NCBI GenBank assembly: GCA_965235115.1
Contig: OZ249436.1
Span: 41,602,001-41,666,000, forward strand
DNA: 64,000 nt
DNA from: Laetmonice hystrix
Lineage: Eukaryota
Reading direction: 5' to 3'
Positions within the stretch are counted from its first letter, which is position 1, and each line of letters starts with the position of its first letter. Both the position numbers and the translations under genes were made by a program. The notes beneath the pieces are model-generated. The model made no database searches. It was not told the origin of the DNA and worked only from the letters and a program-made list of their open reading frames with translations. Shown here piece after piece: positions 39,601 through 51,600 of the stretch.

Positions 39601-42600
39601 TGGTGGATTTAGAAAAATAGCGGACTTTGGTGCAGTTGGCCTAAAACACTGTGTTGTTAAAAATATGGAGACGATTTTTGAAACTTTAAAGATCGTTGAT
39701 ATTGTAGAGACGTTGATTATTTAGAATATCGTTCATGTAGTCTTAAGCAGTAGGGACTTAGTTCATGACTTTTAAGCTAACTAGATTGATGAAATATCAC
39801 TTTTCAGGCAACATCACAGTTATACAGGGTAACAAGTATAAATTTAATAATCTCAAATGAAATCACAGAAATTTATTTGTCCCTCACCTAGGATAAGAAT
39901 GGCTCAGAATCTAAACCAAGTTTGATGCAAAATCTTGCACCAAAAATACTGGTAATTACATTTAATGTCAGTCTTTGATGTTTATTTGTTTAGTTACAAT
40001 TTACATTTTTAAACATGTGGGTAAAAGTGTCAGACTTGTGGTAAGAACCTGAGCTATTGTTGTGATTTCTTTTTCACAATTCATCACAAATAATTACACA
40101 ATTGGTAATGTGCCTGAATTGAATGTTGCCCTTTTTGTTACGATCCATCAACACTAACGATCACAGTTACCATATGTGTGTTAGATGTATGTTTCCATAA
40201 TAATAACAGTTTACAAGGAAACTTTTTGTGTGTCTTCTTACAAGTTTAGTATTCTTAAAGTAACATAAATGGTAAGAAATTTTCACTAGTTCTTTTGTCA
40301 TTCGTTGTATTCCACCAATTGCATTTATTGAATTAGCTTTGGAACTTAACATTTTACTAAGTATAATTACTGCATCTTATTTCATTAGTTTCTATCTTTT
40401 CCCATACTTTTTGTGACTTTACTGATAACTGGTCATAGCAACTAATGCTTTAAGTAATGGTCCTGAAGAGTCACCAATTCTGTCTTGTCTGAACGTATTG
40501 AATAGTGCCCAGTGACTTGACATCAGAAACTAATTTTTGTCGTCTGGGTTTCCTTCTCAATCGTAAAGTTGTAACATTTGTATTTTCTTGAGATTTCATT
40601 CCTCATGCAGTTTTGAAGGGCACAAAGAATTCTGTTTATGGAGAGAAAAGGACAAGTAAAATTTGATGCATGAGGACAACATCAGATTGCAGGTGTTGTT
40701 ATATCGTTTTGTTTCCATGGTAACAGGAGTAACAGTAGTGATGCCTGCAGCCTGTCCAGTTGGCCATTATTGTCCAGAGGGAACTGCCATGGCAACATCA
40801 TTTCCTTGTCCAGCGGGAACGTTTGCCCCAACGACACACTACACCAGCCTGGACAATTGTACCAGCTGTACTGCAGGAATGTACTGCGAAAGTGCAGGAC
40901 TGGAGCTGCCGTCTGGTGGCTGCTGGGCAGGTTACTACTGCACTGAGGGAGCGTCATCTCCAACACCTCACAATCATATGGCAAGTACTATATCCTGGGC
41001 TTCTAAATAGATCTTGAAATGTTTTCTTTATTTTGATAACATTCTATCCAAGACTTGTGACCGCAATGAAGAGGAAATCAAAAAGAGGAAAAGTTGCAAC
41101 ATATGTTCTGTAAGTGACTGTTTCGATTTAGTGTCCTTCATTTGCAGTCACTTGATACTATAATTATATTATATTTATATTTATAACAGGTTGACCTAGC
41201 GAATAACGAGACATTTACTGGGAATGATGTGTGTCCGATAGGCTACTACTGCCCCAATGGTACAGTCTACCCAGTACCATGCCCAATTGGCTCATTCTCC
41301 ATTGTTGAGGAGGTGCGCAATGTCAACGGCTGTGAGCCCTGCCCTCCAGGCCATTATTGCAATGCCAAGGCCTTCACAAAGGTCACCCAGGCCCCTCTTT
41401 GTGACCCTGGGTAGGTACCTTGTGATGAATGAAGATTTTAAGGTCATGCAAGGTTACATCTTGAAAATTTTGATACATTTAAACTTTAGGCTGTATGTAG
41501 ACCTACTATATCTCAGAGGTTGTAGGGATACCTTAAAGCTAAAGAAAGTATTAAATATGTGGTCTATTGATCACATAAATTAAATCCTTTTCCATGTACA
41601 TGTAATGATACGTCCTGCTGTTAGTCCACATCAGATGAAACTAGTGTATTTTGCATGGTTGGCTGATAAATCTAAAAATAGTAGTCTACATAACTTTGTA
41701 CCGTGTAACATCAGTTAAGGCAATTTTCAGTTTGGTTTCAGTACAGCCAAGACTCAAATGTCTGCTCGGAATTTTCCCCGGGTTTCTCTTTCAGCTATGT
41801 GTGTACAGGTGGTGCCAAGCAGCCTCAGCCTATCGACTACGTGGAGGGATATCCATGTCCACGTGGTTACTACTGCCCGGCCGGATCGACCGTACCCCTT
41901 GGTTGTGACATTGGCACATACAACGACAAACTGGCCCAAGCCAACTGTACAATCTGTTATGCTGGATCCATGTGTCATGAAACCAACATGACAACTCCCA
42001 TTGATTGCAAAGAAGGTACAATGGATGGGTGTTACAGACAAACCCGACCACTTCAAAAACTAGATAACTGCATTGATATATTTGTAGATGCAGTCTTCTT
42101 TTCTCTTTATTTAGGTAGTACATGAATATTTTTGTTCAAATGTATAATGCTATTCAAAGGTTATCTGTATTATCTAGTTGCTGTCAGATTTTCGTGAAAG
42201 ATATTCATCTCCTAAGTTCGTTGCAATTTGAAAGGCGTTTTGGAGAGGGTTGATTGACGAGCAAACATTAGACGAGAGACATCATGACTTATTCCGGTTG
42301 CTTTAACCTGTTATTCTGTGTGTGACCAAGGTTACTACTGTCCTGCCGGAGTGGCCCCACAACCTTGCCGAGAAGGGACGTTCAACAATCGCACTGGACT
42401 CAAGGTCCCAGAAGAATGTACCTACTGCTCCGTCGGACGTTTCTGTCAGGGCGTCGGCAACACCCAGCCCTCTGGTGAGCATCGACAATATCAGGTCATG
42501 TCTGAGTAAAGCAATGGGAGATCTGTGGTATTTGTGGCACAATCTTCAGAATTTTTGGTTATAAATACCTGTCAACCTGTTATAGAGCCCAGCATGGAGT

Positions 42601-45600
42601 ACAGTGTGTTTTGTTGCTAGGTTTCTGTACAGCAGGCCAGTATTGTCAGGGTGGAGCCAAGGATAGCGTACCGCGAGTACCCAATGTCATTTTCCCAGAG
42701 AATGGACCATGTAAGGTTGGTCATTACTGCCCAGAGGGTACAGCATCTCCCGAGCCATGTCCAGCGGGCATGCTGCGTAACACCACAGGTTAGTACTCTT
42801 GGTTCCAAAAGCCAATTATAGTCTTGTTTTTTTTCCTTCTTCTTTTTTTCATATTTTTTTATCGAACTTATTCATGTTATTAGATTTATTGTACTAATTT
42901 GTTTTAATTTTTCTCGGAGAAAATACAAGAGAAACCTAGCATGAAATCTTTTCTCTCCAGGTGGTGCTGCATTAGGAGATTGCTCTCCGTGCGATGGTGG
43001 GTACTATTGCTCGTCACCAGGACTGAATGCTCCGACAGGTAAATGTAGTCCAGGTTACTACTGCCCGGGTCTTGAAAACATCACTGTCTCTGACCCACCA
43101 AACCGCCGCTGCCTGGCTGGTCACTACTGCCCTGAGGGGTCACCCCAGCCAATCGGATGTCCAGCAGGCACCAGTCAGCCAGACGAAGGTCAAGCGTTGT
43201 GTACCAACTGTCCAGCTGGATATTTCTGTAAGAGTTCCCTAGTTCCTGACCCCATGGACTGCCCACCGTACCACTACTGCCCCGAGGGTAAGTCTGAATT
43301 TACGGAGACTTCTGCTATACTGGATACTGGAATTAATGCAGCTAGAAATGTTTATACTTTACCAGACTACGTCACACTACCAGACTAACATATAGATGTG
43401 TTGGCCATTTGGCGGCCTCCTCAGCGATCCCACGGTATGTACATTGCTGTGATTGAATAATGTTTTAGCCACCGTCAACCCATTGCCTTGTCCAAATGGA
43501 ACCTTCACAACCAATGAAACGACACGTCTCAAAGCTCCAGAAGAGTGTCTACCTTGCCCAGCAGGCCTGTTTTGCAGGTAAAAGCTAGTCAGAAATATCA
43601 TGTTTGTCTAACTACATTAATAAGACTGAAATCTTAAGTATCATAATGTCCAAAATGAGATCATTTGCTACTTTATCCTGCAGTTTGGTTTCCAAACAGC
43701 CACTACTAACGTTGACGTAATCGTGATAAAATTATTCCCTTTTGTTTTTTCCTCAGGGGTGGATACATTTCGGGTGAGTGTTCTGCTGGATACTTTTGTC
43801 TGTCTGGATCTGATGAGTACACCCCAGACACTGACCCGCCCACGGCAGACCCGGTCACCTACCCATGTGTAGCCAACACAAAGTGTGCCGGACCATGTCC
43901 ATCCGGCTCGTACTGCCCGTTCGGTACCAAGGACCCGATACCATGCCCCGAACACACGCTGCAGAACTTGACTGGGGCCCGCATGTTCAATGACTGTATG
44001 CCTTGCCCTGCTGGTAGCTGGTGTCATGAAGGTAGGCCCACATGTTACATATCACACTTTTTAATAAAAATCGAAGTAAAAGAACATGACATAAAGTATT
44101 CATACTCTAACTGAGCTCAGCTTTGATATGGAATGCCTTAGTTGAAATGTTTTTCACAAAAAAACTATAATGTACTGCCCAGGTCTATGAACAAGTTGGC
44201 CAGTGAGTAACTCTAAAGTGGCTGCTGTTTTTTCAAGGTGACCCCGTGGCCATCCCGTGTCCGATGGGTCACTACTGTCCCACAGGGGTCGGCCCTATCC
44301 AGTGTCCCCGCCTTCACTACCGTGATGAATTCAGCGGGTCTAATGTCACAGACTGTAAGGCATGCAAGGCTGGATTCTGGTGCAACGTCACAGGTGAATC
44401 TTCTTGAAATTGTATGTCCTCGGTTGTGAATACTGGTCTGATGAATTCCAACGTATTCTGGCTGGGGTTTCAATAAAAGTCTTAGGGAGCAGTTGAGGCT
44501 GAACTCTTACAAAGTCAGCTGTGAAGCATAGAAGAGACTTTTAAAAGTTTTCAAGTTTTGAAATATTTACCTTTATTCTTTCAACAGCCTTATTTTTTCC
44601 CATATCCCATATCTCAGATGAAAAAAAGGTGACTTCTGCAATTGAGACTTCGTGTTTTGTTCCGACACTCCAGGTATTGCTGACTATCGGGTCAACCCTT
44701 GCCCAGTCGGTCACTACTGTACGGTAGCGAATGAGCCATATTTCTGCCCTGCTGGTCGCATGAGACCTACACCAGGTGCGACTGGGCCCAATGACTGTCC
44801 ACTGTGTCGAGCTGGTTACTACTGTCCAAACGATACCGCAAATACTGAAGGAATCCCCTGTGATGAATCGTTCGCATGTCCAGCTGGGTCACCTGTTCCC
44901 ACTGAGTGTCCAGCAGGTCGTTACTGTCCCCCAGTGACTGGGGAAGGTTTGATCTGCCCAGCTGGCTATTACTGTCCAAATGCAACTGGTACGATGCCAC
45001 ATGAATGCCACTATCCCACTTACTGTGAAGAGGGCAGCAACAGGACATATGTGTGTCCATTAGGATACCTGGCTCTCCCACATGCTGGACTGAGGAAACA
45101 AGTTAATATTTCCTGTCAGGTCTGTCCCGCCGGAACATACGGAAACCACACTGAGCGCCTCTGGTGTGACATTTGCCCACCAGGCTATTATTGCCCCAAG
45201 GGCACTGGAATGGGAGACTCCAACCCGTGTCCTGTCGGCTTCTACTGCCCCAACGCCAGTGCCATGGCCATCCCCTGCCCTGCTGGCATGTATGGGAAGA
45301 ACGAACGCGCTCAAGCTGTGGACCAATGCCACCGGTGCCCAGAGGATACATTCAACAATGCCGCGGGCCAGCGGGCGTGTAAGCCATGTGGATCGTCTGC
45401 CAAGGCTGGGTTTGGTCAGGCCCGCTGTGAGTGTATCGGAAAGTACCGCGCCTTCCAGACATCAGATGGAGCCTGTAGGTGTCTCTCAGGGTATCTGTAT
45501 TACGATGAAGCAGATCGGAATCAGACAGATACTAACAGTGACAAGGACTGTCAGCCGATTGTCCGACCTCGCTGCGAGCCCCCGACTATCCGACAGGCCA

Positions 45601-48600
45601 GCACAGGGGCATGTCAGAACCCAGACACGTATGACTGCACCAGTGCCTGCGACGGGCCAGCTAGGGAACTACAGGAGGATGGAAGGTATAGACTCTCTAT
45701 TCATCAATATCACATGGCATCAGTAGTTGTGTTCACACAAAATCTGTTAACCAAATTAAAAGTTTTTTCAGTATTCCTCGATGGGAGCACCGTTTTTCTC
45801 ACTTGCATATCTCAGGACAATTTAACAGATTGTGAATCTTATTAAGATACATTGATGCGTATTATATTTAAATCTGAAGAGTATGGAGAAACATTACTTG
45901 ATGTTTTCCAGATGTGGCTGTGCATCATATAAAGACCCAGAGGAAACCTGTAATGCCACCTGTAGGCGGACTCTACCTGAGCCAAGCATTTCGTATGACC
46001 CTGCTGACGGTTCCCTATCAATGTCAGTGTATGACCCAAAGACTGGCTCAACTGTTACGAAGGTGATAGCCACATTCTCATGGACTCACGCCATCCTTGT
46101 GTACTTGTTCTAATTTGTTTCTCAGTCCGATAAATTCCCTGACCAAACACAGAGAGCTATCTCTAATGATCCAAACACCATGCAGTTATTGGTAATGATG
46201 AAGTCTTGCCCAGGATGGTAGGAAGCTGTGGTACACCGTGCTGACCATGCTATTAACATGAACAAGGTTGTTGGTGGTCATTGTTATTGTCTTGTCAAGG
46301 CACATTGTAGGTTGTTTTTTTTATCACTAAATATTTTTGTCATTTCAAATGGAAATTAATGATCGCTTTGTTAGATTGAGCTCTAGTAACTGTGTGAATA
46401 TATTGTCATACACAGTGGTCATACAATGGTATCAGTTAAACATCAATAACATTGTTTTCTCTCACTGACCTGTGTTTTCCCATTGAGCAGAAGATGACGG
46501 AGGTGCTCATGCCCCAGGGAGCGTCAGTGAGTGGCCCTCCTCATTCTGTTCAGTTGGTCACCTTCCGTGATGAGGCTGTCAAAGGTGTGGTCATGACTGA
46601 TCCAAACGACGTCTGGAACTATATTAGTGGTAAGTCAAACAATTACACATAACCCAGTTATTATCAGCGGAGGTGACAGAGTTCAATTGCAGAGTTCATA
46701 TCAAGACAACTTTATAGATTTTTCGTTCATTTTGCCAGACGTTTCTTGCTATAAGAAACATATGACGTCATATTCTGATGTCCTCACGTTATGTGTTCTT
46801 GGATGCAAGATTGTATTGGTACCAAATGTTGTGTCTTGCAGTAGAGGATGCTACATTTGCAATTGTTAATGGAAAGAGCCATTCACTACCAGGTACCAGT
46901 GTATAGCATGTAACCCTGAATAGGAAATGTTACTTGTTGGTGAAAGATTAAGTCAGTGAGATTGAACTTCCAGATTGCTGTACCTCTAAAGGACCCCTTT
47001 TCAGCGTATATGTTATAGCTTGTCTTATTAGAGCTGTAAGTACCATCAATTATCGTGTATAGTATGCACTCGTGTATAATAAGCAGGCAATTTTTTTGGC
47101 CAAGACCCAGGAGGAAAAACACCATTGCATACACGTAGCAGCATATATTGAGCCTTAACGTTTGGACCTATACGCTTCAATGATAATTGTGTGATACATG
47201 TACTCGGAGTCTCCGACCTACACCTTAGACATAAATCTCCTAGAACTTTTCTGGGATGATGGCCCAGCATTCCCAGTGGTCATTGAACGTTGCTTTACAT
47301 ATTATTTTATGCTGTAGGCCTACAATCACTTTCACTTTTCATGCCTATTCCTGCTATCCCATACCTGAATTCATTTAGCTCAGACGTCCTGCTCTGGTTT
47401 GCTATCAATATTTTTTTGCCTTAGGGTAAGATTAAGACAAGGAATAAGAAAAACTAAATTAAGTGAAGTAAAGGTAAGGTTCTTTGAAATATGATGTTTT
47501 TGCAGACTTATTATTACTATCCATTATGACCAAGTTCATCGAATAACTTCTTAGAAATGAACCAAGGCATTGCCAAGACGTTGACATGACAGCATTATCA
47601 TGTACATGTATATAAGTGAGGTTTTTGTTTTGTAAATATGCCGAGAGCAGCTGTGCTGACTCGTATACCATAAGTGTTTTTTACAACTGCATCAGTTTGT
47701 TAACATGACTATTCCAGACTCGGGCGGGAGTTCATCCGTAGTAACACAGACTGGACGTCGACGACTGTTGGCGACAACAGTGTCTCCACCACCACCACCA
47801 ACCGCTACAGAGATTCCAAACCCAATCATCTGCCTGGAGATTGGTGAAGTCATGGTGTTCCAGCTTACCGTCGACACATCAGATCGATCCAAGAGTCACT
47901 ACCCGAAATACATCAAGGTATTCACAGCTTCACATATATACATGTCTATTTTCTCAAGTAAATGACGTTAAACCCTCTCCCAGATAGCACACAGCCGATG
48001 GCCCACTGTCGGCAGCCGCTGGTGGCCCGCTGGTGGCGTGACCAGCTGGTAGCCGTTGGCCCACCGGTGTAGATAGCCCAACGGCTACCAGCTGGTCACG
48101 CCACTGGCGGGCCACCAGCGGCTGCCGACAGCGGGCCGCTGGTGCTTTGATGGGTGGCCCAACAGTGGGCCATCAGTTGTGTGCTATCTTGTCTTCAGCG
48201 GGCTAATGGCCCATCGGTGGCTAGATCTACACCGGTGGGCTAACGGCTACCAGCTTGTCACGCCACCAGTGGACCACCAACGGCTGCCGCTGCTTTGATG
48301 GGTGGCCCAACAGTGGGCCATCGGCTGTGCCAGCCTGTGTGCTATCTGGACTGTGGACAAGAACCATTTCATATTTGTAAAGTGGACCAAATTTGAACAA
48401 ATGCAGCATCAGTATTTAAAGTTTGTTTATAAAGGGTGGTATTGGTTAATTTGTAGGACCACCTATATAACACCAACCCATCGTTTGACTATGGAGACTT
48501 CAGCCAGCTCGCCTACTACATCACAGAAACCAACGTCACATACAACAGCTTTGCCTACGTCTTCAATCAGGCAGGAACCTATGTCCTGGCAGATGCTCAG

Positions 48601-51600
48601 GATGCATCCAGGTATGTCCCTTCTTACCCTGCTGGTCATATTCATATTGATGTCTGGATGCTTTGTCTGAAAGGAAAGAGTTGCACAATCTCATAACACC
48701 AGAGCTGTGATTTTTAAGATATTGTATTAATGTATAGTGTTCTGACATTTTCAGAGAGGTGATTGTGACGGTCATGGCAGCGGGATCGTCCTGTGCCGCT
48801 GACAAACATCGTATCCTGCCGTCCTCACCCAACAATATCGTTACATCTGGAGTAAAGAAAAGTAAAGAGGTGAACGAGGCTCCAGACTGGGGTCTTATCG
48901 TCGGTAAGTGAACGCCACCTATAGGTGGTAGTGAGCACTGATATTAATGAGGATAGTTACATAGATTTCAGAAGGGGGTGGGAAGGGGCTAGTTTTTCTC
49001 AAGCTAAATGAGTTTTACTTCACATGGCTTGCATTATGAGTCAGAGTTGAGATACATGTACTGCTAGACTCATATATTTCTGTGATTTTGCGAGTGAGTT
49101 TCACAATCATTGATGCATCAAAAAGTCATCAAAATGCTCATGACGTCTAAATAGGTTCATCAGGACAGAAGATGGGCAGATAGCATGGGAAATACTTGAC
49201 CATGGTCTCCACAGTAGGTTCCCACTGGTCACTGATATAGGTGTGTTTCTATGACCTTTGTTCTGACTGACAGGTATGCTGGCGTCCCTGGCAGCCTGTG
49301 TCGTCATGCTGGTGGTGGCTGTCATTGTATGGAGACCACGGGATGCGGGTATTTACCCCATGAAACATTGGAAACCCAAGTACCGGAGTCTGGGGGCACC
49401 CCCGCCGGTACCCAGCTACATGCTACATGACGAGGATCACTGGCCCACCAAGTGAGTCATGGATCAGTCATTGATTAGTCACGGTCAAGGTTAAATAATA
49501 TAGAAGTAATATAGAAAAGAGCGAAAGAGTAAAACTAAAACCCCATGTAGTACTGGTTTTGTGGTGTGTTCTAGGGATGGAGAAGGTCTTGGGCCGAGAC
49601 TGTTGGGTGATGGTGCAGAGTCTGAGACTGGAATACTGGCAGTGAATGCAGAGGGTAACCTGGAAGATTTCAACGTGCGCGTACTGTTTGATAAACTGGA
49701 GGACCAGAACCTCCATCTGGCCTCGCAGCTGGCTCGCCATAACGAAGACCTCCAGGTGAGTTTGTGGGTGATAACCAAATGTTGAATTCCGAAAGGATCT
49801 TTATTATTGTACTGTGATAAATGATTGCGTTACTCATCATGACTGTACCTAATACATGTAGTCAGTTTACGATGACATCTTAATTCACAGGCCTTCTATG
49901 ATCGCATCAACGGCCAAAACGACGAGCTCAAGAAGATGCTGAATGATCTTGACCTTTCGAAGCTCGAGGAGATCGAGCGGCAACGGCATGAGGGAGGTGC
50001 CGGTCACGAGCAGGGTCATGTAGAGGGCGCTGCAGGTGGTGATGGCGTCAACATCGTTAACACAACAGTTAACATTGGCAGTGACGTCAATAGACAGTTT
50101 AAGTTCACAGGTGTGACACTTCCTTCGTTCGGCATCAATGTCGTACATCTTTTCTATCGGTTGAGTTCCGTTACCGAGTTTTAAATGTTGTGGCAGTAGA
50201 AACTTGTTTACCTTGGACTTATTTTGTGGGAATGGATGGTGATATATTTCAGTTCAGCAACAATAATCAATCTGGCTGTCATAGCTGGTTACTTTAATGC
50301 AGGAGCTTATCTTGACTTGACTGTGTTCTTTTAATCGTGGCAGGAGGAAATGGTCGTGAGGCAGAACTGATGCTAGCAGTTCAACAGTTGCTTGACAAAC
50401 TGAACTCTGGTCACATCCCAATATCTCCAGACATGCTCAGTGGTGACATGAAGAACATGTCGAGACCTGCCGAAGGCATACGTGTAGGTAACATTAGTTT
50501 GTCTAGGCAGCAGGAAAAGCCAGATGGGTAGAATATCAGCAAGTGAGAAATATGAATCAATGAGTTTTTTGTTCAAGGTAGAACCCCGTCGGAAGTTCAG
50601 TACGTGTACATAGAAAAATGTGTCCGACATGCCGTTTATAATTGTATCTATGCACCCCTAACCTTCAGATACAAGGCAAGGGCCTGGGGCGGAACCAGAA
50701 TTCAGAGCGACTTGCAACAGAACGAGAACTCGCAGCAGGCGAAAGAAATGCTTTAGATTCCCTATTGGCAGAAGATGAACTAAAACGAAACGAAATTATC
50801 CAGGATATGAGTGACAAACTAGCTGCAAAACTCCAGGGTGAGTGAGATGGTGAAAAAAGTAGCAAGTAACAAGTACGACCTGAATAATTGATCAAGGAGA
50901 TTTTCATGTAAATGTTTAACAGACCAAATGAAATAGAAAACACATGCAAGAGGAGCTTAGACCTCTGAAGATGTGTCTCTTGCAGGTGACCTTAGTGCAG
51001 AAGAGGTAGCCAGGATCATGGATGCCCACAGCAAGGATCTTCAGGAAGCCTTGGAACGTCATGACAAAGGTCGCAGCCGTCAAGCCGAAGCCCTGAGACA
51101 GAAACTGGCCGAGAGGCGGCGTAAGAAAGAGCAGGAACTTCTTGACAAGCACACAGAGGAGGTAAAGACTCCTTTTGGTTTATTTTTTATGAAAGGATTA
51201 AAATTCACATTCAGAATCAGCTAAAGTTTTCCCGTTAAAAGAAACAAGGGTTACCATTTCATTCAAGCGTCATGCTTTCAAAAACACTTCAAACTTGTTT
51301 TGTGAAACACAGGCCAAGAAGAAAGGACTTCCACCACCACCTGTCCCAGTTGACAACTCTGATGATCGAGTTGAGTCTGAGGAACACCTTCTCAAGTTAA
51401 TCCGCAGTCAAGAGAATGCGGGAGCAATCAAAGCTGATACGGACACTTCTCGCAAGATGGCAGAGGAAGAGATCAATCAGATCTCTGATCAACTCAAAGA
51501 ACAAATAGTAAGGATAATGACATTCTGTAGTAGTAGAATATTATGAACGAATTCTGCAAGTTTTGTTATATATTTTTGACCACCTTCATTTGCTATTTAA

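Noticed and set aside
210-45685. Calling the giant protein an Eph receptor, SCUBE, SVEP1, furin or laminin
   Set aside because: It shares only the Cys-repeat type. No kinase, CUB, sushi, vWA, subtilase or laminin domains were seen in the window, so no gene symbol was assigned.
6016-45726. Many overlapping antisense and alternate-frame ORFs (60-190 aa) over the Cys-rich exons
   Set aside because: They are by-products of GC-rich Cys/Gly/Pro codon usage with few off-frame stops. None resembles a protein family, and they coincide with the real exons.
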